Shown here: piece by piece, positions 10,542 to 24,100 of the stretch
Layout of the letters: every line of letters begins with the position of its first letter
How positions within the stretch are numbered: the stretch's first letter is position 1
DNA from: Catajapyx aquilonaris
Lineage: Eukaryota
Assembly: GCA_000934665.2 (NCBI GenBank)
Contig: JYFJ02002484.1
Span: 1-56,034, forward strand
Direction of reading: 5' to 3'
Length of the DNA stretch: 56,034 nt
Translations under genes and position numbers: made by a program
The notes under the pieces: model-generated
What the model was told of the DNA's origin: nothing
The model's database searches: none
The model's input: only the letters and a program-made list of their open reading frames with translations

Positions 10542-13500
10542 TGTCAACTCTGGTCCACTGCCAATAGTCACGAGGGGGCTTGACTGGGGGGTAAATATCT
10601 GGGGCTTTTGATTTCGAGTACTCTTAGCTGAAGGAGGGACCAGTAGAAACCAGAGAGTAAAACCAACAGAGTCACCATGCAACAACGAAGGACGATCCGG
10701 TTGCACACACACTTTGCGGGATATAAGTGGAGATAAAATATCACAGTTCGAGCTGTCACACCTTGAATTGCAAGTGTGTCAAAAAAAACGTCGGTTTTCC
10801 TTAGTTTGTGTTCATAGAATCGTAAGTGCTAAAATCCCACAAGTGGAAATGTCAAAGGCTCTAAGCGCCAAAGGGAGAGATTTGAGTTTATTTCAAATGA
10901 GAAGTTTACCTTCAGTATCACGAATGAATTTTAGGCACTTTGAACCTCCTGCACGGGCACATAACTTAGAACATTTTGTATGCAGAATCTCAATTTCTAA
11001 TTATCTGACCTGTGGCATTTCCACTCTTCAATTATTAAATGAGTAGGTCATTATCAAAACCAGGTTATCTTCATCGGTAAAAATCCTTCATAAAATAGGA
11101 ATTTCATATTTAGTGAGTCTTTTCACGGCCCAGGGTACCTTTCCCAATGGAAGGTGAACCAGAGGTGAAAATGTTACTATAATTACAAGTATATTGAAAA
11201 TAAGAATAATTTAGAGCTCAGTTGAGACGCCTGCTGTAACGGCTGGAAATTTCACACCAATGAGGTTTGATAATTGGCCTACTTTTTCTTGTTATGATAA
11301 CTGTCATCTTTTCGAAATAAATCCTGTTTACTTCCGGACGTTTTCCCACCACCTCATTGGTATACCCCCCAATCAGTTGATGCACCCGCGAACTCACAGG
11401 AGAAAGCAATCAATATTCTATAATTCAATATGGGACGAACAACACTGTAACACAGGATGCCCATTTTTCTTTCCCATTCTCGAAAAATAACAAACAAAAA
11501 CCATCAGCGAGTTTAGAAAGAAAATATTGACTTCCGGATTGGGAGGGTTGGAAGCCAGCGATTCCCAATGGAAAAATGGGGTCGCAAGTGGTGTGCGGTG
11601 TGGTTTGGATAGATCGACGAGGTTCGGATTGAACGAAAGAACGTTTCAACTTGTGCTAGGTTTAAGCCCGAAAAAAATTTGAAGTAGAAAAAAAAAATCT
11701 GCTTTTCAAACCCCTCCCTTACACTTCCTCCTCCTGCTCATTTTTTCCATTCTTGGAGCCTTGCTCACCTCCGCAGACTCCTTGTTTGCCTGTCAACTTC
11801 TCTTTGGCAGCAGGAGGAGAAAGTTTTTCTTTAGGGGGGAGAAAAGTGAGGAAAGAGAGAAGTAGTAAGAGGAAGGGGGAAAAAAAGGTAAGGGAGGTGA
11901 ATAGCAAAAGGACCCTCGGCCCGAAATCAGGCGAGGTAATTGCCTTTCCTTCGCCTGCACTCGGTTTCATCTCGCTCTCTTCAAGTCCTCTCGCACGCAG
12001 ACTGCGAATTTTGCAGTAGCCGGCCATATTTTTTTTTCGTTCTCTCTCTCTCTCTAATTCTACCTACCCCCTTCCAACTTCGGAAATGGAACTGCAATTT
12101 ATTCCTTCTGGCCACTCCGCGCCACTTCATGGAACATAATGGACACTGGAAAGTCCATCTGCGCTCAACAACGCTGCCGATAAAAGAACTACTTGCGGAC
12201 AATATTGGGCGCTTCTGAATTTACGGCCGCAACGTGCCGGACGAAAATTATTAAAAAATCGACGATTCTCAAAGCCCCCTCAATCAACCGGTTGAATGCT
12301 GCGAGTGATGTGAATCTGTCCAAAACTGCTCCGATATTAGGATACCACCCCGCTCATATATACATTCGACCAAAAACTAAATTTCCACCACTTTTTCAAA
12401 GGCTGCTCTTTACTAAAGGCGCCACCAGTTTGTTAAAAAATTTGTTGCAATTATTCCTCATATGTTTTAGTCTAAAGTGTGAACCAGCTTAAGTTTCACC
12501 CATTATATATCTTGGCTCTAAACCAGAGTGAGAGAGAAGAACCTTCCCGCCTTTTGAAACAATAATTCAAAGCAAGTTATAAACTCCCATGTTCTTGGGA
12601 TTAGTTTGGTGGGTGGGGTTTTGAGTGTGCCGCAGTATGGCGTGTACGTATTGGGATTGGGGACCCTAAATCACAGCCATGATTCATTACTCTGTATCTC
12701 TCAGGCAGTTTCCCCCCCTCTCATCGTCTGTGACATTGAGATATGTCTCGGAGCAAGACAGAGAAACCCATAGGGTAACTTCCTCTCGGCAGGTAATCTG
12801 GTTCCTTTCGCTCTGGTGATGAACACGAGCGCTTCCCCTGACAAGCTTTGCAAAGAGACCCTATATATACAATGTGCCGCTCTAACTTTATGGATTAGGC
12901 AAATACTTGATGGGCTCGAGAGCATACGCAGCACTACAAGATTGTGTGCGCCTGCATGGAGTCGATTATTAGCAAAATTACTGCACTGACGGTGAAAGTG
13001 TAATTGCCACTTCATTATTTTGAACGCGCTCAACACTCTGTGTTGCTTCAGGGGGGGAAAGTAAATAAACCAGTGTAATCTAGTTGCTATGAGTAGGTTA
13101 TTGCATACAGACCGTTGATTCATATAACCATTGTTGTTACTGCTACGTTAAAATAACAATAGTAGTAAGGTGATGGAATTTCAGCAGTCTTTCGAAGCCA
13201 CAGAAATTTTCTCACCACTCGTGCGTGAGAGCAAAGACAGTATCATTTGCAAAATATTAACTCTAGTTAAATCCAAATTGCCCTGGAGCATCACAAAAAA
13301 AATATTCCTCGACCTTTTCTTTACACTTTGCAATGCACAACGTCAAAGGGGATAATACTGTTTGGAATTTCCTCGCGAGTTTTAAATGCTAACGATGAAG
13401 TTCATGAAAGCTAATCTTTGAAGAGAATTCCTTCACCTTTTGATGGGAGTAGCTGGCGGAAGTCGAGGATTAGGGAGAGACTCTAGGTTGGATGAGGATG

Positions 13501-16500
13501 AGCTATAATACAAGGTGAAAGTAGCCGTGCTTTGGCAGTTATGAAGCCAAGGTTGAAAAGGAAGCTGCGGCAGGAAGGCTTCAAAACCGAAATCCCTTCA
13601 TTCATCAACTTTTGTGGTCTCGTCTCCAAGTGTCACGTGATCCAATTTTCGCTTGCGTTGGATATATACTGAAGGAAAAAGTTGCGGCTCATTTTATGAC
13701 ATGGGGCCCAAGGTGGAAGGAATTAGTTTTGGGGAGAGAAAATCCAGCAAACCAGGCGACGCCTGCTGCCAACGTCTCAACTTCTCTTTAGTCCGCCTTC
13801 TCTTTATATTCGTCGACTATTCGTCGTCTAATGAAGAGTTTTTTTTGCGAATTCCACGGATTACATCGAAAAAAACACAAACAAAAAATAAATTGCGAAT
13901 TCAGGGGAATGGAAAGTTTGCAAACTGGCAGGGAGGGGCCTTTGTGCTAGCTTTGAAAAGAGCATCGTGGGGAATGCCATATTCCAAGCGCAATGTTGAT
14001 TTCGACTAATCTTGCAATTTGTTCCAGAACTTACCATTTACACAGTGCACGAAAATCACCTGCCACTCTAAATCTCTACAGATCAAAGCGAAATTCTGAC
14101 AAACTTCTGAGTTAAAAACGTGGGGGGCTTTAGAAGCATGAATATTTTCGCCATTTCAGCAGTCACTAAACCGCTGTAACTGAAATCAGTTTTCTGCAGT
14201 ACTTTAGGCCATAATACGACGTATGAAATGTAACTATTTTTTTTATTTCCTTTGCAGTATTTCTATACAGTTCTTAACCAGTTTTTCCGACTCCATCCTG
14301 ATATGAAGTAGTGTAAAACAAATTGATGGACTTTGCTTGGACTCAAATAAAATCAGACTCGCCAATTTTTTCCCCTAAAATTAGTCAAACTGGACATATA
14401 AAAAAGTTTAAGTTGACATTTTCACTAATAAAAGTTCAAAGTTTGCAAACTTGTAATAGCTTAATGCCTGTCCTGACAGTATAACTCTCTGAAATGGAGC
14501 ACAACACTTCGATATTAATAAATCCGGTTGCTCGGCCTCTTCAGAATATTTTAAAAACATATTGCGGCAGAACTTGAAATAGCATTTTGGATAGCTGGCC
14601 AGGCATGTAATCCTGCATAAATCCCCCCAGATGCAGGCTTGGCACGGTCAGTTGTTTTCAGTCAGTCCCAGTTTTCCAGACCCCAGGATCGATCTTGCTT
14701 ACAACCCAACCAAAAGAAAAAATTTCAGAAAAAAATATTATGATGTCACTCAATATTTCTGGCACGAAACCAACCAAACATGACAACGCAGGTTGTTTCA
14801 TTACCCCCACAGCAGGTCGTGTCGAGACCTCCACAAAATGACCTGTGGGGGGTCATAAGTAAGGCTTGTTGGACACCATCCGCCCCCAACAACCCAATCT
14901 GTTCGAAATGACCCTGTCCGCGAAAATATTATTAACGCTTTTCGGGTTTTCTCTTGAGGGGGATTCCCTTATCCACGCGTCCAGATGAAGCCTTGCCAGG
15001 ACATCTATTTTGAGATAAGGCAACGCAGATACTCTCTCTCTCTCTCTCATAAGCTTTTCCTCTCTCCCCCCAGTGCAATTCCCATCAATTGTTGGCCTTC
15101 CCCACGTTTTATTTTTTTCCCACTCTCTGAAGTGCGCTAACCATTCTAAATGTGCAGGAGTTGTGACGTTTAGTGGTGGATTTCGTCATCGGTTTTTGGC
15201 CAAGCATCAGTGGCTGGCCGCAGTGCTCTGCGACACTTTGGCCATCCGGGGGTTGGCAAGAGGCCTTTGGGACAAGTGCTGGGGGTGACGTCGGTCGTAA
15301 ACACTAGGGAGGAGGGGTGGTAGAGAGAAGTGTTGCCAAACGAGCTGCCACCGCATTGGCTTGGCCAGGACATAGGCGCAAATGAGCCTTTGATAGGTTA
15401 TCAGTGTCGTGCTCTGGCTTTATCCTCAAGGACCACCTTTCCTTCTCCGCAGGTCCAGAGTATCCCCAACTAATTTTGCAATTGATTAACACTGGAGTTC
15501 AAGTTGAGGGGGGAGAGGAAAGAGAACAGGGGGGGAGGGGGGTGTTCTGTGCAGCTCGAAACAAGAAAGTTGCTAATCTCGTTTGCCGGAACCATCCCAA
15601 AGTATAAACTCAATTTGAGCTAACCGCTGCTGCGGTCACGACTTCTCTTTGGTCATAGTGGGGAACAGGAGCTATAAGTATGGTCAGCGAGACATGCTCG
15701 GATAGGTTGCTGGTCAGACATTACTTTTTCAAAAAAAAAAACTTGTTACATGCACTAGACCGTAGGTTATGTATATTGTACAACACCAGCCCCGCCTTGT
15801 TGTTGTTTTAGCGCAATTACATCCTTTGTTTAGAACCGACTGCGGCTAGGTCGTAATTACAGCATGGTTACAGTAACTGGGTCTCATTATAGGTCATGAT
15901 GGGCAAGACGAAAAAATTTCGTGGGTCATCTCCTTTGTGGCTCAAATAAGGATTACGAAATGTGGAACCCAATTTTATCTGCTTTCTAGCAGCGGAGCCC
16001 GTTCTTCGCACAGTCATGGTGAAGTACGAGTAATCCAGGATTGTCGTAGACCAGAAAAATCCTAAATAAAAGTACGGTTTTCGGACTTTTCCGTCAATCC
16101 GCGGCACGTAAACCATAACTCTCTTAGTAGTCCGAGAGTGGGTTAGGTACCCCGGACATACAGACAAACTTTCTTATATGAGATACAACGCAAAATAATC
16201 ACTTTTAAACCCAACTTCATTCTTGTAAAAAAATATCGACATATTTCGTAAATGTTGGTAAAGAAACGGCATATTGTTCAGCTACTGTATAAACCCGCCC
16301 TAACCAACACGGATGGATGTGACGTCCGCTCATAGTGTGCGGCCGGTGTCATACAGTGCTCGGGCCTCATATTGCACCACAACATATCCGTTTTTGGCCA
16401 GAGGAACTGAACTCGCACTTTTTTTATATACCTAACTTTCTAGCCTCCGACCAATATTGCGGGAGTGATAATTTCCCCAACTCATGTCCGCACAACCTGC

Positions 16501-19001
16501 AGAGTTTATCAGCAAACTGTACTAGGTATTTTTTTATTTTAAAAAAATGCGGGTTGTTATCTTCTCACAAGGATTGGAGATATACACCTGGAAGTGACGC
16601 AACCTCACCTTTTCTGTCCCTGCAAAAAGATCCAAGCCTTGCCAATCAAGCAGAGCTGCATTTTGCAGTGGAGGAAGTCTCTGCGAAAATGGAATCGTGG
16701 CTCTTTCCCACAGGCAGTTAAAACATGGGGCCTCATTTCCAGGCGCGTGGGTATGACAGTCGGTTATTAAAAAGTTTTTCCACTGGTTCTAGGGAAAAGC
16801 CACCACCAGGATGATGATGATGGTGCCCTAGAATCTTCTTCTTTTTTGGGGGGAGGATCTCCAAAAAAAAGAAAGGATGAAGGATTCCGAACTAATCTGG
16901 CAGATGCTGCTAGTGATGCAGCTTTCGGTCAAGCCACCAGAATTATGCCGACGACTGCATTTGCACTCCTCAGCGGTTTCTTCAAATTAAAAATCTGATG
17001 CAAAGTACTTTGCAGCTCCTCACTTTCTGATTAGAGCTGCTGCTGCTGGTTGGAAAGCTTCAGAATATGAAAACCTAGCAGTTTGAGCCACATGATTAAA
17101 ATCGGATGACTGACCCCCTCAGGTGACATGCGACACCTTTAATCTATCGTCGCACTTTCCATTAATTACCATTCGTAAAATTTGGTGGGGGAAGAAGGTT
17201 TTTGGGCCGGATCCAGAGCCGAATCTACCGAAAACAATTGGGGAGAAAATGGCGTGTGAAGTTTGTTGAGGAAGTAGGTTGGGATGGGGGTGTAAATTAC
17301 GAGTCTCAATTAGGCACCTGGAGAGAGGTGGCTGGGTCATGTCGACCCCACCTCAGGGTCCATTGGCAGCGTTGCAGACAAGCCCAAGCGCTTACTAATG
17401 GCCTGCTTATCTAGGCTTTTCCCGGAGAGAGGAGGCTGGCCCCACTTATCTCCGGTTGCTAGAGTCGAGATTAGTGACACTCCCGGGTTATAAGATTTGC
17501 ACGGTGTCCCCTCCCCCCCTCCTACTTTCCGGGACTCATTGGTATGTATCTCCGGTCCTTGCACCGCGGAGAGACTTCCCGGAGGCTTCCCAATCCCCGG
17601 AGGAATAGGCAGGGAAAAGGGATTTGGCCAATCCAGGACCGTACTCCATGGACGTTGGAACGAAGGGGGTTTCACATTTTGAGACTGGGCGAACCTGGAG
17701 GGGGGGAATCAAATAATAAAAATATGGGCGATACGGATGGCTCTAGTGTGCAATCACGTCAAATAAAACCGCTTGAAAAATGATACGCACGTTACATGGT
17801 AATAGGAAAGGAAGCCAGAGGTGAGGAAATTCGCTAGGTCAGTCAGGTTATAGCCAGTTGGAGCAGCCAATACCATGGTGTAACGAAATATGTGCAGATA
17901 TCAATGCTGGGAATAAAATTAATAAGAGCGAGAGTTGCATGACAATATTGACGTATAAATATGCCACTTGGATAAGTAATCTCAACTGAAAATTATCCTC
18001 AGTCCATACACGATAAATTATAATAAATTCGTAGCATCGCCCATATAGCAATATTGTTAAACGTAGGCTACATTTACGTAGCTATTCATTGCTGACAGAT
18101 CTGATGTAACATGCCTGTAAATATACATGATATTGTTATCATAATTATATTGTAGGCCATTGTGACCGCAGTGTTCTGATCACATCGAACAATGCAGAGT
18201 AATTTACAAGATTAGTGATCACACGCGTTGTCGTGGACACACATCGTGAGTTCGCTATATTTTACTTTTTCCAGCATTATATAGAGCCCTTATTAAAAAG
18301 GCATAGTTTTTTCTACACAATCAAAGCGATGTAACCATCATGTTTCTAATATTTACAGATTACATATCAGACGCTTTAAATGAACAGACAGTGTATGAAT
18401 GTAAATGTGAATTAAAGCATTGCTTCATAATGAGAGTTATTAAGGATTTAAAAAAATGGAAATGTAGCAGAGGTAGCAATATTATTCCAGCGCAACATTC
18501 ACAAAGCAATATCACTCCATTCATCGTATTAAAAATTACAAACGTACGAGCGTCAAAATAACTTCCAAGCCCTCCAGGATCTACCTGACGCTTTTGAACA
18601 TTCCTCCAATCCAATTCAGTCACAATAACATCAATTAGCCAGCTGCGCCAATTGCTGGGGAAAAAATCCGCACGAATCCCACTAAAGTCCGTTCCTATAA
18701 TATGAAAGTCGGACTCTCTCTCTCTCGCTTGGGATGGAAAAAAAAAATCGCGCGTTTCAACTTACAGCGATAAAATAGGGGGCAAGAGCTGGCGCTGAAA
18801 CACACGCAGCTGGTGCTTGTGCAATCGCCATTTTTGCACCACCAAAAAAAAGGCTTACCATTCTTCCACTTCTCACGTGCCGTCCTCCCCCAAAAAATGT
18901 AGAGAGAAGGACGTGCTAAAAAATGATTACTTGGAAGCGCGAACACAATCGCGCTTTTGTGCTAAAGGACATCCGTCATTCTTGCCGCTAATTAATTCCT
19001 T

Positions 19002-19035
19002 CCCCCCCCCCCCCCCCCCCNCCCCCCCCCCCCCC
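19002..19035. repeat. Poly-C tract (~34 nt) with an ambiguous base
   Basis: Homopolymer with n at 19021, so the length is unreliable. A poly-G tract at about 1716-1731 also contains an n (1728). Confidence 0.9.
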
Positions 19036-21023
19036 AATGCTACCCGAACCCCAAAGCGATAAATTCTCCTGGAAACCTCCCGGAGAAAGTTGTCGAAAAA
19101 AAAATCCAGAGGAAAAGATGGAAGAGTGCTAAACCGTATAGTGTTGGCCATTTACTTTTGCAAATGATCCTACTGTTTCGATGCATCCGAGTGTAAAGAG
19201 CAGGATCCGCGTCGATCAGAGCCTGTTTTTCCATTAGTCCTTCCTGGAAATTACACTGTGCATTGGATGGCAAAGTGAAAGAGCCAACAAGAGGGGTGGG
19301 GGGTGGGGGCTTTAGAGGCACCAACAACACCCCCTCCCGGACCAAACCCCGCCATGTTGACGTCGCTGCCAACGAGGACAAACTGGGGATAGTAGTCGAA
19401 ACTTTTTGCATGGATATAGCTACAGAGAAGGGCTCTCTCAGTACTCATCCTTGTATCGAATCAATAGGATGTATGGAGCCACCCCCTGTTTTTTTTTTTT
19501 TTGTGGGAGGATGGGAGGCAGAAATTCAAAGAGTGGCTTTCGAATGCAAATCTGAATTGTCGCTGCGTTTCATTCACATGGAAGGGAATTGGCCAAAAAA
19601 AGTGCATACGTTTGTAATCACTGTGCATTGAGCAAGTCCTCTATCATACGTACAGTTGTAATTTTGGACATATAAAAAAAAATCAGGCTGAAATCCCCGA
19701 GTCGACAGTTCAATATGGGGCATCAGGTGAAATGCTGACTCCTGCAACCGGATTACAAGAGAAGCAACAATGCAACTTTTTTTGTAGAAATGATTTGCTG
19801 CAGAGGTAAGTTTGCAATCAACTTGTACACAAAAATATGGGAGTGCAGTTGACACACTAGTTACACCTTTCTTTCAGTATGTCGTGGCAAAAAAATATAT
19901 TTTGCCTGCTTGGTAATGGCGGTAAAAATGAGACCCCGTGCAATATTCGCAATGTGCAAAATGTCGAAAATGGCAGTCAGCAGTGAGCAATAACCTAAGT
20001 GCTTGGCCCTTCCAGTTTTTGAGGATTACGCGGCAACTGGCTGCATAAATTAAAACGCAATATTAAAGACAGTGCTCTAAAAAAATTCTCGCAAAAGCAA
20101 GTGACGGGACCGGGACTGCTTAATTAATTGATGAAAAGGACCCCCTCATAATGGTGAATTAATGTCCTGGTGGCAAGGGAAGGCTTGATTACTTTCTGCA
20201 GAGAAAGTGCAGAGAGAGAGACAGAGAGAGAGAGAAAACTACCACCCTCTGTACTTAAAACACGTGTGTATTTGTCTGGCGCACTGTTTCCACGTGAAGC
20301 AAACTTTCCCTTGCGGCTCCATAAAGAGCGTTTCCCAGTCCGTATGGTTTAATTGCCAGCAGTGTTATTTGGGAGACTGGAGCTGCGGCAATAAGGAACA
20401 AACAATCGCACTAAAAGCAAGCAAGCCTCCCCCACCAAATTGAATTCCGCCGAGGTGGTCTAGGGAGGGTGTTTGAAAGTGGGTGGGTTGGGTGAAGTCT
20501 GGCTATAAGACCTCCAATAGGAGAATAGGACCTGTCACTCTCGATATTAACCGAAGATTAATCAGACAGGTCTGTGAACTTATATTGCGCGAGAAACCCC
20601 CTGCGATTCAATATATTGCCATGTAAAATTCGGAGTGGCAATGCTGCGTGTAATTACAGGTTCTTGAATAGTGCATAATTTGCCATATTTATTAACTAAT
20701 TGTTGCCAACATTGAGTGACATCCGGTAATGATTCCGGCTCTTACTGTAAGTCAAGAAGCGTTGGAAAAAAAAGGTGTGAAGCAGGTGCAAAATTGTATG
20801 GGAAAAACTGCCTCAAGGAAAATAAGTGAGCCATCATGTTACTTGATGGGCGTTTCAGAGATAGTTGATGGGCATCACCCAAAAAAAATAATAAGTTGCC
20901 GAAAAATTAAAGCAGTTGATTGCACACAAGCATCGTTAGTTTCCCTGCGATAGAGCCAATATTACTTGGCGGAAAAATATGGTAGTTTAATTTTGAAACA
21001 ACTAAAAATTATCACATTCAATA

Positions 21024-21123
21024 ATTTTGGTAACAGACGGCAAGGTAAATATTTTGACTAAACAATGACATTTAAATGTTATTGTTTAGTCAAAATATTT
21101 ACCTTGCCGTCTGTTACCAAAAT
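21024..21123. repeat. 100-bp near-perfect palindrome (50-bp arms, no spacer, one mismatch)
   Basis: Checked base by base around the centre ttt|aaa (21073/21074): 49 of 50 pairs match; the mismatch is g21067/t21080. Confidence 0.97.
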
Positions 21124-24100
21124 AGTAAAATGAGACGACGCGACGAGAGTACACCTGAGCTGGTTTTAATATGGCGAGTAATGTATACGTCTCAGCAAGT
21201 AATTATTTTCCGTGCTGGTGATCATAACCTGCAACATAACATTGTATTACAGTCGCGCTTCATGCTTGCTTATTCAGGAGCCCCACAGCAACTGATGAGC
21301 ATGCTGGGAATAAGATCATCCCATTTTGGACTTACTAGGTCTTCATTTCCCATGCTTCAATTTTAGTTAGCTAGTCAAACTCCGGTAAAAGGCGAGTACC
21401 GTATTAAATTACCATCATCAATTTAACAGTGTAAACTACACCTTCTGCCCATATCAGACAATGGACTCAGTGTCTGCAATATTATTTTCACAGATAGCAG
21501 GAATCCCTGTAAGTTTACAGTCATATAGATTTCATTTACGCTGCAAAATGTTAAATATGAATATTGTTCCATTTCAATGCATTGGAAAGAAATAATATTT
21601 GCATCGCATGTGCAACATTATTGTGTACGTGGCATCTGGCTGAATAAATATGTGCCATAGCCTTCTGTAACTGACTGCCCCTTTTATGTTTGATAACGAC
21701 TTTTATGTCAATAAAATATGCCGATGTAAAATTCCACCATATAAAAACCTTCATTATTTATTCACCTGCACTGTTGACTATACTTACACACAATGTACTG
21801 CATAATGACACAGTAAGGGTCTGATAATAACCATGTTCTCCTTCGGGCGAGACCAGGCAACAGCATCAATAATTATTACTATGCGGTAAGCTTACTTTAT
21901 ATTTCCGTGCCTTATCTTTAGCCGTGTTACACTGAATTATACACAGCCGCCTAGAATATCTGCGAGTGATAGTCGGTCCGCAGCACAATTAATTTATTCA
22001 TCTGGTGATAGTTCATACTCACGTCGGAGCTGTGATGGTGAAAGAGCTCTTGGATAAACAGATGGGCGACTCAACCCGGATTTTCAACCCTTAATCGGAT
22101 TACTATGAAATGTTTAATAGACACCCAGTTCTGCTTTTCCACGGGAGCGATTTAGTGACATATATTACAGTTCCCTCTGCTGTCGAGCGGTGAAAAGAGA
22201 AAACCAACCAACCGAAGCACAAACGACCGTATAATGTTCTATTCACTGAAATGGGCGGGCAATGTGCTACAAAATTAACTTAAATCCGTGCGGCATCTGA
22301 ATGTTGCATTAGATGCTCTCAGGTACAGTGTACTGATGCATACCATGCAGGGGGATCACCACAGGCAAAGTGAAATTATTTAACCAACGGTTTATTATTC
22401 CAGTGTCTTTCCAACAGTTGATACAATGAGTATGCTTAGCACATTTAACTTCAGGCGTTTTGTAGCATGACAGCAACAATGGATGCTGCACAGGGTGTTC
22501 AAAAAGTTGAGATTTGCAGCTTATTCTCAGAATGATCGTACTTTGACTGGTATATATGCACATAAGATTAGAACGAGTCAGAAATCCGAACTGTCAAGGC
22601 ACCAGCACCTCTTTCCTAGCTCTAGTAAACTTTTGAGAGCCCGTCCTTGATCTCACAACCCGCTGACGAGTGGGTAAACTGGCATCTTTCATCATCTCCC
22701 CAGAGTTTGGAGACGGCCAATGATAGGGGCGCAGCATATGCAAAGAAAGGAAGGTATATAGAGAGCCCCACCACCTCTCTCGTTGTTTTTTTTCCTCTCT
22801 GTCTATATCTTCAGCTCTTTCTCCTCCGAGTTCAGGCGTCCGCACCCTCATAATGCGTGTAGCGCAGAGTTCATCGCCTGCCAAGTGTCTCCCAAAATGG
22901 CTCTTAAGGCAGAATACGGCCTGCTTCCGGATCCCTCACTTGATTCATTTTAGGAGCCTGCCTCGCAAATGAGGCAGCTTGGATCTGCGCATGATTTGTA
23001 CCTCACTTTTACGTGTTTCTCTCATTTTTCTGTAAAGAAAAAGTGCGTAAATATGCTCATTATTTTAAGTAACGAGAGGCTCTGAATAATTGGAAGCATG
23101 CAGAGCTGACAAGTTATAGCAAATAGTAGAAAAATGACATCCGTCAGCAAAGTAAAAACTATGAAAAAAATAGTCACACTGCCAAAGTGCTTCAGGATTT
23201 TTTTTAAACATGTAAAATGATACACTGCGTCGCATGATAAGACCTTGTTGCCTGTTTGTCTTCAGTACGTTGCCTGAAGCCCTTTCAGCATTAACGATGA
23301 ATTGTGTGCAAGTCTGTGCATCTCGGGCAGGTGTAATTTTTGCATGTAATTGTGCTGGGGCCAAAGAGAAGCCCATGTGCGTAGTGTGTATATAGGACTG
23401 ACCCTAGTTGTTCCTGCTCTTCCAGCATTGATATTTATGTGAGTAATTCCAGGGGTGGTGACACCAGACCGTCCCTTAAGAGTCAAACAGACCTTCCCCG
23501 GCTTGGCATGTGAGTTATAAACTGGGTTCCGGAGCAGGAAATGTGAATGAGCTTTCAGGTTAAAAGTGAAGAGATGAGGATGAAGGAGGCCAGAGATGAA
23601 GCGAGGCCATTTCCGGACCAAATTGTATAAATTAAGCCTGGGATATAGTACGGTGTAGTCCCTTCAGTACCTCTGCCCCTACAAGCACTAGTTTGAATAA
23701 TACCAATTCACATGAGGCTCAATGGGAGAAAAAAAAGGAACACTGCCCACTAACTTCATTATATCAAGGATAATGAAAGTGCCAACTTGTAAATGTATGG
23801 TATCAGCCATATAAAATTCAAATTATACAAATTGCTGCCAGGAATTTGGAAAATCTCTGATTAAATAATATGCGTCACTATTTGCAAACGTGCAAAATAT
23901 TCTGGCCAACGTTGCACTTCATTTTGATGGTCCATATCTTTGGGTCTCAAATTCACATCCGTTGGAACAGGTGCCTCTCACTTCAGCAGACTGCAGCTTT
24001 TTACAGCTTTTCTCTCTCAAACCCCCCCTGAAAGTACTCTTCTTCACAATGGCACGTCCGCACTAGTTTTTCCCCCAGCTTTTACGCCAGCCTGCAGATA

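Noticed and set aside
10228..10712. ORFs 10228-10521 (+), 10304-10501 (-) and 10329-10712 (-)
   Set aside because: Antisense or wrong-frame shadows of the real 210-nt PDZ exon.
16609..16619. 11-nt pseudo-exon tttttgcag|GGACAGAAAAG|gtgagg (minus)
   Set aside because: Frameshifting with a short pyrimidine tract. It shows such signal pairs arise by chance, which also tempers the in-frame candidates.
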